DNA of 50,409 bases, from contig NIVC01004328.1 in NCBI GenBank assembly GCA_002269645.1, positions 1 through 50,409 of the forward strand. Direction: 5' to 3'. The stretch comes from Macrostomum lignano (Eukaryota). The notes below the pieces were generated by a model. That model was not told the DNA's origin and did not search any database. It was given only the letters and a program-made list of their open reading frames with translations. Both the position numbers and the translations under genes were made by a program. Position 1 is the first letter of the stretch; each line of letters begins with the position of its first letter. This document shows positions 1 through 11,501 of this stretch, piece by piece.

Positions 1-1993
1 TATGAAAGCCATCGCGGAGGCTCCAAGGCCAACCAATATTCCAGAAGTCCGCTCGCTAGTTGGGCTAATCAACTACTACAGGAAGTTCATCAGAGGCCTG
101 TCCGACATCCTAGCACCTCTAATGCATTGCTCCAGAAGGACGCTGAGTTTATTTGAGTAACGAGTGTGAACGAGCATTTGTTGCGTGCAAGTCAGCTCTA
201 ACATCTACTCAAGTACTAGTCCACTACGACCCGGACAAGCTGTTCATACCGACGCGTCATGCTATGGTGTCGGCGCGGTGCTTTCACATATTATGAGCGA
301 TTCGGATGAGAAGCCAATCTGCTTATGCGTCCAGAGGCCTGTCCAAGGCTGAGAAGAACTATTCGCAAATAGAAAAGGAAGGTTTAGCAATAGTCTTCGC
401 GGTGAAAAAGTTCCACCAGTATTTGTACGGCAGACGGTTTATTCTGGTCACTGACCATAAACCGCTTGTGACGATATTCGGTCCGAAGAACAACATTCCA
501 AGCATAGCTGCCAGTCGGTTGCAGCGCTGGCTGTGATTCTGTCAGCCTATCAGTTCGAGATTCGATACAGGCGGACAGACGAACATGGAAATGCGGACGC
601 GTTGTCAAGACTGCCGCTGGAGAATACTAAGTCCACGGAGGATGGTGTGTTCCAGAATCGCATAGAGGCTCAACCAATCGACCATGGAGAGTTAAAGAGA
701 GCAACAGCGATGGACGAAAATCTGTCCCGTGTTCTGCGATACTGTCGTTTTGGGTGGCCAGAACATAGCGAACAAGAGCTTCAGCCCTACCACTCGAGGC
801 GAAACGAGCTGAGTGTTGAAGATGGAGTCATCTTTTGGGGCATCAGGATGTTGATCCCTGCTTCACTGAAGCAGCAGCTACTGCAACTGCTACACGAAGG
901 GCACCCCGGCATTGTGGGCATGAAGTCCCTGGCACGGCTGCATGTATGGTATCCAGGGATCGATAAAGACATCGAGACGGCTCTAACCAAATGCAAGGGT
1001 TGCCAAGCGCAGAGGAACCTGCCGCCACAGGCGCCACTGCAGCCGTTGCTCTGGCCAGAAAAGGCATGGACTCGACTTCACTTGGACTTCTTTGGTCCAT
1101 GCTACGGGTTCATGTGGCTTGTCGTTGTCGATGCCACAACCAAATGGGTTGAAATTTACCCGATGAGGTCGGCGACTGCCCATGGCACGATCACCAAGCT
1201 GCAGGAAACTTTCGCGAGATATGGTTATCCGAGGCAAATCCTCTCTGACAATGGGTCGCAGTTCACTGCTGAGGAATTTAAAAACTACCTTCGAAGCTGC
1301 CGCATCACACAAATTCTGACGTCGGTGGGGCATCCAAGATCGAATGGACTAGCCGAGCGAATGGTTCAGACCGCCAAAAGAGCGTTAAGAGCGGGCATGA
1401 AGGACTCTCATGATGCACTAGGATGCCTAAATGCTTTTCTAGCGCGCTACCGAGTTACGCCACACTCTACAACCGGCAAGACGCCTAGCGAGATGATGCT
1501 AAAGTACTCGCCAAGAACTAAACTTAGTCATCTTCACCAGGACACCGAGCAAAGAGTTGCTGAGAAGCAGGAGCAGCAGAAGCAGCAACACGACAAGGGA
1601 GCTTCAAAAGTAGCCCGTGAGTTTGAACCTGGAGAATCTGTGCTCGTGCTCGACTTCAGGAAGCAAGGAGAGGACAAATGGGCCGTCGGAGAAATTCTTA
1701 AGCGCCGTGCACAACTCTCGTATCTGGTGAAAGTAGGCCGCATGGTCTGGAAACGGCACGTGGACCACATTACTTCGACAGGACTTCAAACGGAGAGCAA
1801 GGCCGCTTTGTCCCATGAATTGCTGGAGCAGCTAATCGGGAAAGGCAATAACGAGTCGCAGGCAATTAACTCAGGCGGAGGAGCGACAACCAAGACTAGA
1901 TGTGCGGAGACTGCCCAGGCCAGGAGGCATCGCTACAAGCATGAGGATGTGCCTCTAACTCAGACCAGACTGAGACCCCGAGCTGCAACTTGA
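1..1993 (+). mobile_element. pol: Ty3/Gypsy LTR retrotransposon pol, 3' part (RT end, RNase H, integrase), frameshifted
   Basis: RT thumb EVRSLVGLINYYRKFI from nt 2; RNase H TDASCYGVGAVLSH and [45 protein letters not shown] (306-536); integrase zinc finger LHEGHPG..CKGCQ and DDE motifs HLDFFGP, ILSDNGSQF, SNGLAERMV (533-1993). Frameshifts near 130-160, 320 and 530. Confidence 0.95.
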
Positions 1994-2056
1994 TGTGACG
2001 GAAATTTTTGTTTAAGAGGAAAACTTACTCTTGCACAATGACGAACAAATTTTTCT

Positions 2057-2291
2057 AAGGGGAGACATATGTGGTATATGCGCATATAAAGTATATTTCA
2101 TTTCACACACATTGGCCATAGACACTGCCCCTGTTAACCCTGCGTTCTAAAGCTAATATAAGGAGAGCAAATATAAAGGAAATGAATGTTAACATCGGCA
2201 TGGCAAGAGCCCGCTACCAAGCTTGAGATTACTAACCATAATTCACCTGGACTTCGAGTTGGTAACGGAAGTCGGATGTAACACTACTACA
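2057..2291 (+). mobile_element. Polypurine tract and probable 3' LTR of the Gypsy element
   Basis: AAGGGGAGAC (2057-2066) is followed by TGTGGTA (2070). The candidate end TACTACA at 2291 is a 6/7 inverted match. The 5' LTR is outside the window, so the right boundary and TSD cannot be confirmed. Confidence 0.6.
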
Positions 2292-2709
2292 CTGTAATTG
2301 CTCGTCTTTGCATTTCGTCAAATAAAGTGTGCTAGCCCCTATGGTTCCTACTGAAATTATCTCACCAATTTGCTGCAGTTCTTTAGTTCTAATTTCTCTA
2401 TCCTATAAATTGTCACTAATATATCTACTTTGCGTAGCGTTGGCAGCCCTAATCTATTACTCTTTCCTAGAAACTTCTAATTTCACACGGTTTCCTAGAA
2501 ACCTCGTGATAGCGTGTAGTGCCGAGCGGTAAGACACTGTCTAATTCCCTAATTCAGTCCAAAAGTATAGCGTTCTCCGGGGACCAAGGATGTCCAGCGG
2601 TAACTAATCTACTTCCCTAATACCTAATTTCTTAATGCTTAATGCCTATTATTAGCCTGTACGGCTTTCCTAGGATCTGTACGATCTCGATCTCCCTACT
2701 CAGGTTCCT

Positions 2710-2885
2710 ATTCTTGGGTCTCCACGACCTCTGGTTTCCTATCCAGATCCTTAGTTCTTGGGTCTCCACGACCTCAAGTTTCCTAATCAGATCCCTATCT
2801 AGAGTCCTGGTTTTGGGTCTCCACGACCTCTGGTTTCCCTATCTAAAGTCCTGGTTTTGGGTCTCCACGACCTCTGGTTTCCCTA
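2710..2885. repeat. Four-copy 44-55 bp tandem repeat with core GGGTCTCCACGACCTC
   Basis: Core starts at 2716, 2760, 2815 and 2859. Confidence 0.85.
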
Positions 2886-3872
2886 TCTTATGAAAGAAAT
2901 AACGAGATAAGTCTTAGCCAAATTTAGATTTGTTTCGCTAAAAGATTCTCGCAAGAATAGTTAAAGGCAATTATTGGGAACGATCGCCGAGGTTATATTT
3001 TTCTAGCGTCAACCTGATTCCTTATATACAGAAAATTTGGGGAAGGTGGGACGCATTTTAACAATTACTAAAATTATAACAAAGATAATTTGATTCGTTT
3101 GGGGGATTTAAACAAATGGGGAAGAAAATTTCTGATTGGCTGTGATTAAAACTCGGGTTTAACTACTGTTATAAGTAATATACATAGTTTATAGGGGTTC
3201 TGCCTCAAAAGTTAAAATAAAAAAAAAAATAAAGTTACAGCTCGTTTCACAATGCTTGATAATCCAAGATGTTTTCTATTGGGTTTGGGTCACAGTCGTA
3301 GAATTATTTGCGAGGTGAGTGCCATCAAAATTGTCAAATATTGTATAAATACTCTCGTACACATTCGCGTTTATTCAGCCATCCCATACTGGTTGCCGGA
3401 GAGGCTGCATGAGCGTTTCTGATGACAATTCTGATGATAGCCCCATCAATAGCGCGCTGCAAGCACCTGTCGCTGAAAGCGGTGCTGCTCTGTCTGCAGC
3501 TTCAGAATGAGAAGACCTTAGCGATTTTTACATGGTAACTGCATCGAACTAGCTGCAAAAAACTAAGACACTTCTTTTTGTGCTATGTACAGCTCAGAAG
3601 GTGCTTCAAGCACTTGCCTTCCCTGTCAAAAACTTGGCATTGACAGAAAAAGCACCCCACTTGTCAACAGTGAATCAATAAAAACATCGAAGTCATTGAA
3701 ATTATTGCTTTTACTTGTCAGCAGGGATTTCACTTTAATCTTCAGAACCCTGTCATGCTCTGGTATATTTATGGACCTTTAGAATATTCAATTCTGAAAA
3801 CACATTCAGTGAATTTCGCTTAGAAAAGTCATCTAGTCAACTATCTGACAGACTTCCATTGAAGCTTCCGGA

Positions 3873-4282
3873 TCAGCCAGGATAGAAGAAGCCATAAGCT
3901 TCGATCTCGCAAATGGCAAACGCCTCGACCTGCCGATTCAGAACTCGAACTCGACTGCCGAGCTGCCAGCAGCTGAGGTTCTTCACCAAGAATGGAGTCA
4001 CAATGTTCACCTCGTGGCACACAACTCCGTCAACCAGCAGCTGGAAGTCGTTCAAACGTTGAGGGCAGCAGTCCTGCCTGTTGTAGATGGTGACGGATGC
4101 GACCATGGACTGCTGTGACAGCCGGCCCTCCCACCACTCAGAGCCGTTGTTGGTGGTGTGGCTGCAAGATCCGTCAAAATAATTTTGACGCTTGTCTCCA
4201 TCGATAGCCCGGCTGCAAACGCCGCCTGATGAAGTGCTGCTTTGAGTGCAGTCTGTGAACATAATCTTCCTAATGCTTGTAT
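3873..4282 (-). CDS. Exon 2 of PAN/F-type lectin gene: F-type (fucolectin/FTP) lectin domain
   Basis: SRAIDG..SCSHT..WW..SVTIYNRQDCCPQRLNDF..CEIEAYG; exact fucose-binding motif H-X26-R-X-D-X4-R. Acceptor TTTCAG at 4283 is in phase with exon 1. Confidence 0.9.
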
Positions 4283-4650
4283 CTGAAATTGTTGGCGTTT
4301 AATATGCTTTAATAACAACAACAACAACAACACCATACGCCACAGAGGGGGAGGTGTTAGAACGCACGCCTTTGTGCTGCACATCTCAAAAAGTCAGCTT
4401 CCCAAGTCAGAATCAGACCGGGGTTCGCGCATCCGTCAAAAGCTGGTCGGGTAACGGCTGGCGGCAGCGACTTTCCGACGGGATGACGTGACGAGCGAGC
4501 CTGAGTCGCCTCCCGCGCAGCAGGCCAGAAGGCGAGCGCTGACATACAGCACGACGTTGAACTCGTAGCCAACATAAACAGCATATGCACTCGTAGAGTG
4601 CTCACAAGACTCATACCAGCGTAGTGACACCAGCCACAAGTTCGACTTAC

Positions 4651-4960
4651 CTGGAGCATAGATGTCGCAACGCCCGGTCGTGAGCAGTGTCCAGGAGTCC
4701 CTGTTGAAGAAGGCGGACACCGTGAAGAGCCGGCAGTCTCTAGCAAAGCTGAGCCAGCAGATGCCAAAGCAGCCAGACCTGGCTGAGCACAGTCCGGAGC
4801 AGTGGATCCGGCTGGCCGCCTTGTGCGAAGCGAAGCTCACTGGCGATGAGCTGCTGTCGCTTGAGTCGAGTCGGAACTCGTTTCTCTTCGAACTGGCCTG
4901 GCAGTCGGCGATGACGAGGGCCTGCAGGAGCAGAGCGGCAGTCAGCAGGTTGAGATGCAT
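4651..4960 (-). CDS. Exon 1 of PAN/F-type lectin gene: signal peptide plus PAN/Apple-like domain
   Basis: MHLNLLTAALLLQALVIADC signal-like N terminus, then HCSGLCSARSGCFGICWLSFARDCRL (C-x3-C..C..C). Donor CAG|GTAAGT at 4650, phase 1. Joined CDS is 310+410 = 720 nt, 239 aa, with no stops. Confidence 0.8.
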
Positions 4961-5199
4961 TCTTTCAATATTTTTAGCTATTGGTAGTCTCGCAAGAATT
5001 ACTCGTAGAATTGCTAGCAACAACTTTCCACTGTGCAGATGTCTGTCCGTCATACTTCGTCAGGCTCGGAAGAGACTTAAATAGTCGATAGGATCGATTG
5101 TGGCTGACCAATCGCAGCCGCCTATTTTAATAGCTCAATCGACAAGCCACTGTTTTCAATAACAATGAGCATAGTTGAGCTGTTCATGCTCATTTGTAA

Positions 5200-6960
5200 A
5201 TCAAGATGTCGCACCCGGTTCTTAAATCTGAAAGATCTGTTCAAAGTTTTCTAAAAAATCACATCAAGCCCCATGTTGATGCCGAAGTTTTCAAGAGGAT
5301 CGTGCCCAGCGGTAGTCAGCCTGGTCAGATGTACGGATTGTGTAAAGTCCACAAACCTGACATGCCGTTAAGGCCGATTGTTTCTATGGTTAACACAGCT
5401 GAATATGAGCTCGCTAAATTCCTTGACGATCTTATCAAGCCTCACATTGTCCGTGATCATTCGGTTAGGTCGAATAGAGAATTCGTTGAATCGATTAGCC
5501 AAATCCAATTAAGCGGTAAAGAATTGTTGTTTAGCTACGATGTGACTTCCCTGTTTACTAACATCCCGGTTGAATTTGCGATTGACCTGGCCACTGACCT
5601 TGTCTACCAGAATAACCCTCTGACTATTCCTAAGAATGCTTTAAAAAGATGCTTGGTCTTGCGGTCTCTGGCATTTTCATGTTTGAAAACCAATACTACC
5701 GCCAAATTGACGGTGTCGCTATGGGGTGTCCTCTTGCCCCTACGCTTGCTGATCTGTGCATGAGCCATTGAGAGACTGAATGGATGAAGCTCCCTAATGC
5801 CCCACGGTTTTATAAGCGTTATGTTGACGATACTTTTGCTGCTTTTGACAATAAAAAAGACCACGACAAGTTTCTTACCACTATCAACTCCACCCACCCG
5901 AACATCAAGTTCACCGTTGAGGGCGGAGGCAAGAATCTCGCTTTTCTTGATACCGAGGTTGACTGCTCTGGACACCGTCCTCTCGTGAAAGTTTACCGTA
6001 AACCGACGTTTACTGGACTGATGTTAAATTTTCATGCTTTATGCCCGTCTCACTGGAAAGTCGGGTTAGTTAGGTGCCCTCTTCACAGAGCCTACGAGGT
6101 GAGCAGTTCTTGGAGTTTATTCCACCATGAGGTTCGTGCCCTGACTAAAATCCTCAGATCCAATGGTTACCCTCTCAGTTTTGTCAGCCGCATTATCAAT
6201 GCGTTTGTCAACAAGAAAGTTTCCAGCGATGTGAGATCCAGGCAATCTGAGATGATTCTTGGGACGCTCTGTTGGTTCTCCCATTTTTTGGTAACGTTTC
6301 GCTTGACTTCAGGAAAAAAATTGAGAAAACATTTAACAAATGGCTTAAGTGCACCGTTAGGAGTGTTTTTCGCACTGAAAAGATTGGTTGCTATGCTAGC
6401 AGGCTCAAGTCAACTGTTCCACTTGCTCTAAGGGCTGGTGTTGTTTACCAATTTCGCTGCTCTGAGGATCAGAGCGTTTCCTACATTGGAAAAACGAAGC
6501 GACACCTGCACACTAGAGCTAGGGAACATTGGCTAAAAAGCTCTGCGATTAATGACCATCTGCTTGTTTGTAAAAATTTTGTGACGGTGAACCGATTCAG
6601 CTCTTTAAAGTGCTGGATGGGTGCAAATTTGACCATAAGCTTAAGATTATTGAAGCTTCTTATATCAGAATGCACAAACCCAACATGAATGTGCAGCTTG
6701 CTGGCAATGGGGTGGAGCGTGAGCTAAGAGTACTGTGAGCAGAGCCATGCCTATTTTTTTCTCTCTCTCCCTTTGTTATGTACTTGGCACTTTTGAAATT
6801 CTACCGGACTGTTTTGACCCGCCTTTGGACTGTACAGTTTGTTTTGCTTAAATATATTGGTGCTGAAAATTAAGGTTAGTTGAATTTGCCCTGACGACGT
6901 CTTGTGTTTGACGAAACGCGTTGGCTAAAAAGAAAATTTTATTTTATGTTTTTGTTGACG
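5200..6960 (+). mobile_element. Penelope-like retroelement (RT plus GIY-YIG endonuclease), 5'-truncated and frameshifted
   Basis: [39 protein letters not shown] (alternate frame near 5700), RYVDDTF, VYRKPTFTG; GVVYQFRC..SYIGKTKRHLHTRAREH; 3' hammerhead and T-rich tail. Confidence 0.93.
6888..6925 (+). ncRNA. Minimal type I hammerhead ribozyme at the Penelope 3' end
   Basis: GCC-CTGACGA-C-GTC(ttgtgttt)GAC-GAAAC-GC-GTT-GGC: stem I GCC/GGC, core CUGACGA, stem II GUC/GAC, GAAA, palindromic stem III ACGCGT, cleavage triplet GUU. Confidence 0.8.
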
Positions 6961-6974
6961 TTTATTTTCCTACT

Positions 6975-7240
6975 AAATACTCTTTCTACATAGGCTTGGT
7001 CCCTATGTTGTTCCACTCTGCCACAAAGCATTTTGGTATTGTGCTTTTGCAGGAGACTTTTGTCTATAGCTGAAGGGTGCATGAACTCTTAGAGTATCTT
7101 GCAGAATTTGCAACTGCTTCTTGTAGACTTTTTTGTCTTTAGTAGGCGAGCTTCTTTATACTGGGTGTCAATGTCAACGACTGTTAGTGTCCACCTGTTA
7201 CCTGAGTCATTAGAAAGAAACATTAAATCTGCCCGGAGTG
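6975..7240 (-). pseudogene. Degenerate DDE integrase relic (Polinton/Maverick-type rve-like)
   Basis: Minus-strand ADLMFLSNDSGNRWTLTVVDIDTQYKEARLLKTK (7232-7131), then after a frameshift/deletion EFM..LLQKHNTK..GRVEQHRDQAYVER (about 7090-6981). Confidence 0.65.
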
Positions 7241-8096
7241 ACATGGTGACAGAAATGGAGTATTCCAAATTTCACAGTTAAAAAGATAGATGGTTCCCTA
7301 TCTGCTGCAACAATGGTCAGTGGCTATTAGGTTCTATGGAGGCTTAAGCTATGCTGGTACATGTACAGAAGGCCTCTTTATTCGTGCTTTGAACATAAAA
7401 TATGTATTTTGACAACCTAACAGTGTGGGTGGAGTGACTGCATTCTTTTGAGACGGATGCTTTTTGTTTTGTTTTGTTGTTTTCGCGAGAATACGAGCGT
7501 ACAATGAAGGCTGTATTTAGCATTGTATAATCGCATACAATGAAGCATTCTTGGGCCATGCATGGCTCACTCGCAATAAGTAAATTTTCGTAGCTGGTGG
7601 CCTCAATAAAGTAATGATTGACAGGTCCGTTGCCCTGTTGCTCGGTCCGGAGGCTGAATAATTGTATTATGAAGACTGACAGTCGCATGAGGACGCTCAA
7701 ACTGCATAGCAACGGAGTGGGAAAAAGCTTAACTTCAGACATGGAGCATAGCAACAAGCATTTACTGCATATTTTCGCGATGTTACCGTTCACTGCACCC
7801 AAAAGGCTAGAATTATCATTTACGAGCGTACGAGCGTATGAAACCATGCAGTCTTTGAAAGCAGACAGTGCTTTTCACTTGAGTTTTGGGCTTGAGTCAT
7901 GCTTTTTACAGGAGTCAGCCTAAATTTCAAACAGATGCTTTAAGCCACTTCCATATCCACTATGCTAAAAATGGTTAGATACCTAGAGAGTCTATATAGC
8001 GAAATCTGTACGATGCAGCCACCTTTAGGTGTTTCTGCCAAGTATACTTTAGTATCATTTTCCAGATAAATTTAGTACATCCTCGAACTGATGCAG

Positions 8097-11000
8097 GTGA
8101 TGCTGCGGTCGTCCCCAGAGCCCTCGCTACGCTGGTAGAGCTCTGCTCTGCCAAAAACTACGAGCTCATGGTTGCCGGCGACATCAACGCCCACCACACT
8201 CACACTCACTGGGGCAGCACTGGCATTAATCAGAGAGGCGAAGACCTCCTAGCCTACGTTGCCTCTACGACCCTCGAGTTCTGCAACCGGTCGGAGGTGA
8301 TCGACGCTACGCTCGCAACGCCCAGACTCTACCAGAGTATTGGGGCGTGGCGGGTGCTTCCAGTGTCCTCACTCTCGGATCACAAGTTCATCTCCTTCAA
8401 CCTAATGGCCGCGTGTTACGTGGAGACGGAACGCCAGAAATACTGATTGGGAAACCTTCGGGCTCGCCCTGAAGGAATTCCATCGGTCTCCTGGCCAACC
8501 ATCCACGATCACGTCGTGCCGAGAGGCGGATGAGTGCGCGACTGTTTTGACAGAGACGCTAACCGCCGCCTTTGAGGCGTCCTGCCCTTTAAAAGCCTAT
8601 AAAGGGAAAAAATCGGCGCCGTGGTGGAATCCCGAGCTCGGCAACCTCCGTCGCAGGGCTAAGAGACTCCACCGCAGAGCAACTAAAACTAAGAGCCCTG
8701 CGGACCAAACCGCCTATCATGAAGCAATCCATGAGTTTAAAATGCAGGTTAGGAATGCAAAGGCTCAAAAATGGCGACAATACTGTGAGGAGCTAGAGGG
8801 CTCACGCCCCACCTCCAGAGTTGTGAAAGCGCTCACGCTGGACAAAATGTCTAAGCTCTCTCGGTCAAACGCACCGACGGTACGTCCACGGACAACCCAG
8901 GGGAAACGCTTGATGTAATGCTCACTGCGTTTTTCCCCAACGAGCCAGCTAACCCGATCACTCCGGATCACTCGGAGGGAGGTCATGCGCTGGCTGCCTC
9001 TATCATCGTGAGAGCGGCAAATTCCTTCAAGCCTTTCAAAGCCCCAGGACCCTACGGCATTGTACCGGCCCTCCTAAGAGAGGCGGTTAAATGCCCAGGC
9101 TTCCTGCGCAAACTTTGCAGCCTTCTTCGGGCATGCATCACGCTTGGTTATGTCCCACAGGCATAGACCGAGGCAAAGGTGATCTTTATCCCTAAGCCAG
9201 GCCGCCCGGACTACCATTCTATCAAATCCTTCAGACCGATCAGCTTGACCTCCTCCCTGGTCAAGCTGATGGATAGACTGGTGCTTTGGCGCCTTCTCTC
9301 TGTTGAGCTGAAGAACAAACCTCTCAGCGAGAACCAGCACGCTTTTCGGGCGGGTCGCTCCACTGAAAGCGCGCTGCTCGTCCTGGTCGATAAACTCGAG
9401 AAGGCCGTGCTTGGTAATGGCTTTGCTCTGGGGATCTTCCTGGACATCATTGGCGCCTTCGATAACGTCCTCTTTGAGGCGTTCCGAAGAGCTCTTTGTG
9501 AGAGGCAAACGCACTCACATCTCACCAGATGGATCATGTACATGATCAGCCATCGCACGGCCACCGCCAGTCTGCTGGGCTACCAGAGGACGGTCCCCGT
9601 CTGCAAAGGTAGCCCGCAAAATGGCGTGCTGCCTCCAGTTCTCTGGAATATGGTCATCGATGAGCTCCTCCGGGATGTTCGGCATGACCCCATTCTGAAA
9701 GTTGGATATGCGGACGATGTCACCGCGGTGGCATCTGGTCCGTCCCCTGATACCCTCAGGGACCTTCTTCAGAACTTTATCTACGCCGCTGAGCAATGGG
9801 CGGACCGCTGTGGTTTAAGGCTCTCTGAGACTAAGACCGCAGCGATCATGTTCACCAGCAGGACCAAGTGGCAGATTCGGCCGCTCACGCTTTACGGAAG
9901 GGAAATCCCCTTCTGCAAGCAGACTAAATGTCTGGGTATTACCCTGGACCACAGGCTGAACTGGTCACCCCACGTTCAAACAAAAGCCAAAAAGGCCTTC
10001 GCAGTCCTCGCGCAATTGCGCAGGGCTGTCGGCACCACCTGGGGGCTCACCCCCAAGCGCCTCTGGTGGATCTACACTGCAATGGTTAGGCCCGCTATCT
10101 CGTATGGCGGCCTGATCTGGGCTAGCGCCCTGCAGATAAAGACCTGTCTAGAGGCTCTCAGGAGAGCGCAAGGGCGCGCATGTCGCACGACCATGAGCGC
10201 CCCTCCGTCTGCTCCTTACGATGGCCTCAACGCCTTCCTCAACATTCCTCCGCTGGACATCTTTGTTCGCAGGGAAGCGGCTAAGACTGCCCGTCCTCTA
10301 GCTGACGCTGGCATTCGAATCCAGCCCCATAGGGCCATGGCTAAGCGCAAGCTTCTGCCCCACGCTGACCTCTGCCTCAAGGACTTGAGAGACAGCGGCG
10401 GGCTCCACGTCCTATCTGACGGCGAACCCCGCACTCTCAACCTCTTTCAGCGCTACAAGGTCACCATCCTTTCTAGGGATGCTGCCAATGACCACTGGAA
10501 TTTCCAGGAGGTCCATTGCTACACGGACGGATCCATCAAAGACGGTCGCGCCGGCTTTGGGGTCTGCATCATCATCAACGGCCGCGTAATTGCCACGCAT
10601 GCCCAGCACACTGGTAGACTCTCCACAGTCTTCCAGACCGAAGTCCTTGCCATCAGCTCTTGCGCTGCAGAGCTGAACGTCAAGGTTACGAGAGGAAAGA
10701 CTATTGTCATCCACTCCGACAGCCAAGCGGCCTTACAGGCCCTTTGCCACACCACAACGAACTCCCGGACAGTCGCCGACTGCGCCCGGCAGCTCAACCT
10801 CCTGGCCAGAAGCAATACTATCAGGCTGAAGTGGATCCCAGGGCACGCAGGGTTTCCGGGGAACGAGCTGGCAGACACCCTCGCCAAGAGGGGCGGCTCT
10901 GGCTCTTTCTTCGGCCCTGCCCCCCTGGTCCCTATGCCCTTGACAGTCAGATCGACGACTGGGCTGACTCCCTCCACAGGGACAGATGGGCGGGCACCCA

Positions 11001-11501
11001 AAACTGCCGGCAATCTCGTGCCGCGGTTCCTTGCCCGTCTCGCAGGCTCAGAAACATCCTTCTGAACCAGAATCGGAAGGATATTCGAGCCATTGTATGA
11101 CCCTTACCGGGCATGGCTACCTCGCCAGGCACTGCTTCCTCCGAGGCGACCTCGAGAGCAAAATTTGCCCCTTTTGCGAGTGCGACAATGAAGATGCTCA
11201 GCACTTTGTCTGTCACTGCCCTTTCTTTAACAGAGACCGGCTACGCTACCTCGGGCCGAACCCGTCCATTGACGAGGTCTGCCAGCCCGACAGCATCTCA
11301 CGGCTCATCCAGTTCCTTCGGGCGACTAGACGAGCCAGTTTCTTCCCAACGGAAGATCACGCTGCAGGACGGACCGGCGGACCACCCTGACCGGCCCCAC
11401 GCCTCTGCCTGTCTGCGGGCTTTCAGGGGCTAGCGGAATGGGCGACCCTCGCCTCCCCGCTGTGTCTACGGACCACCCTGCAGCTAAGTCAAGTAAGTCA
11501 A
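8097..11501 (+). mobile_element. Non-LTR retrotransposon (APE-RT-RNase H-CCHC; I group, LOA/Lian-like), 5'-truncated and decayed
   Basis: APE GDINAHH..WGS..SDH; RT FRPISLTS, QHAFR, GYADDV; RNase H YTDGS, HSDSQAAL, WIPGHAG..GNELAD; CPFC..HFVCHC; terminal TAAGTCAAGTAAGTCAAG; candidate 7-bp TSD GATGCAG at 8090-8096 and 11502-11508. Several stops and frameshifts. Confidence 0.93.

Noticed and set aside
2505-2580. tRNA-like A box (TGCCGAGCGGTAAG)
   Set aside because: No B box and no cloverleaf downstream.
3415-3500. Two CTGATGA motifs followed by GAAA, resembling a hammerhead
   Set aside because: Stem I cannot form adjacent to either core and stem II is not convincing.
4436-5053. 205-aa ORF as a single-exon protein starting at 5053
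   Set aside because: A signal peptide starts at ATG 4960, and a consensus donor at 4650 splices in frame to the lectin exon; the ORF tail is intron read-through.
9074-11433. Minus-strand ORFs over the first LINE, and plus-strand ORFs over the second (41445-43267)
   Set aside because: Antisense shadows of GC-rich RT/RNase H coding sequence; no independent motifs.
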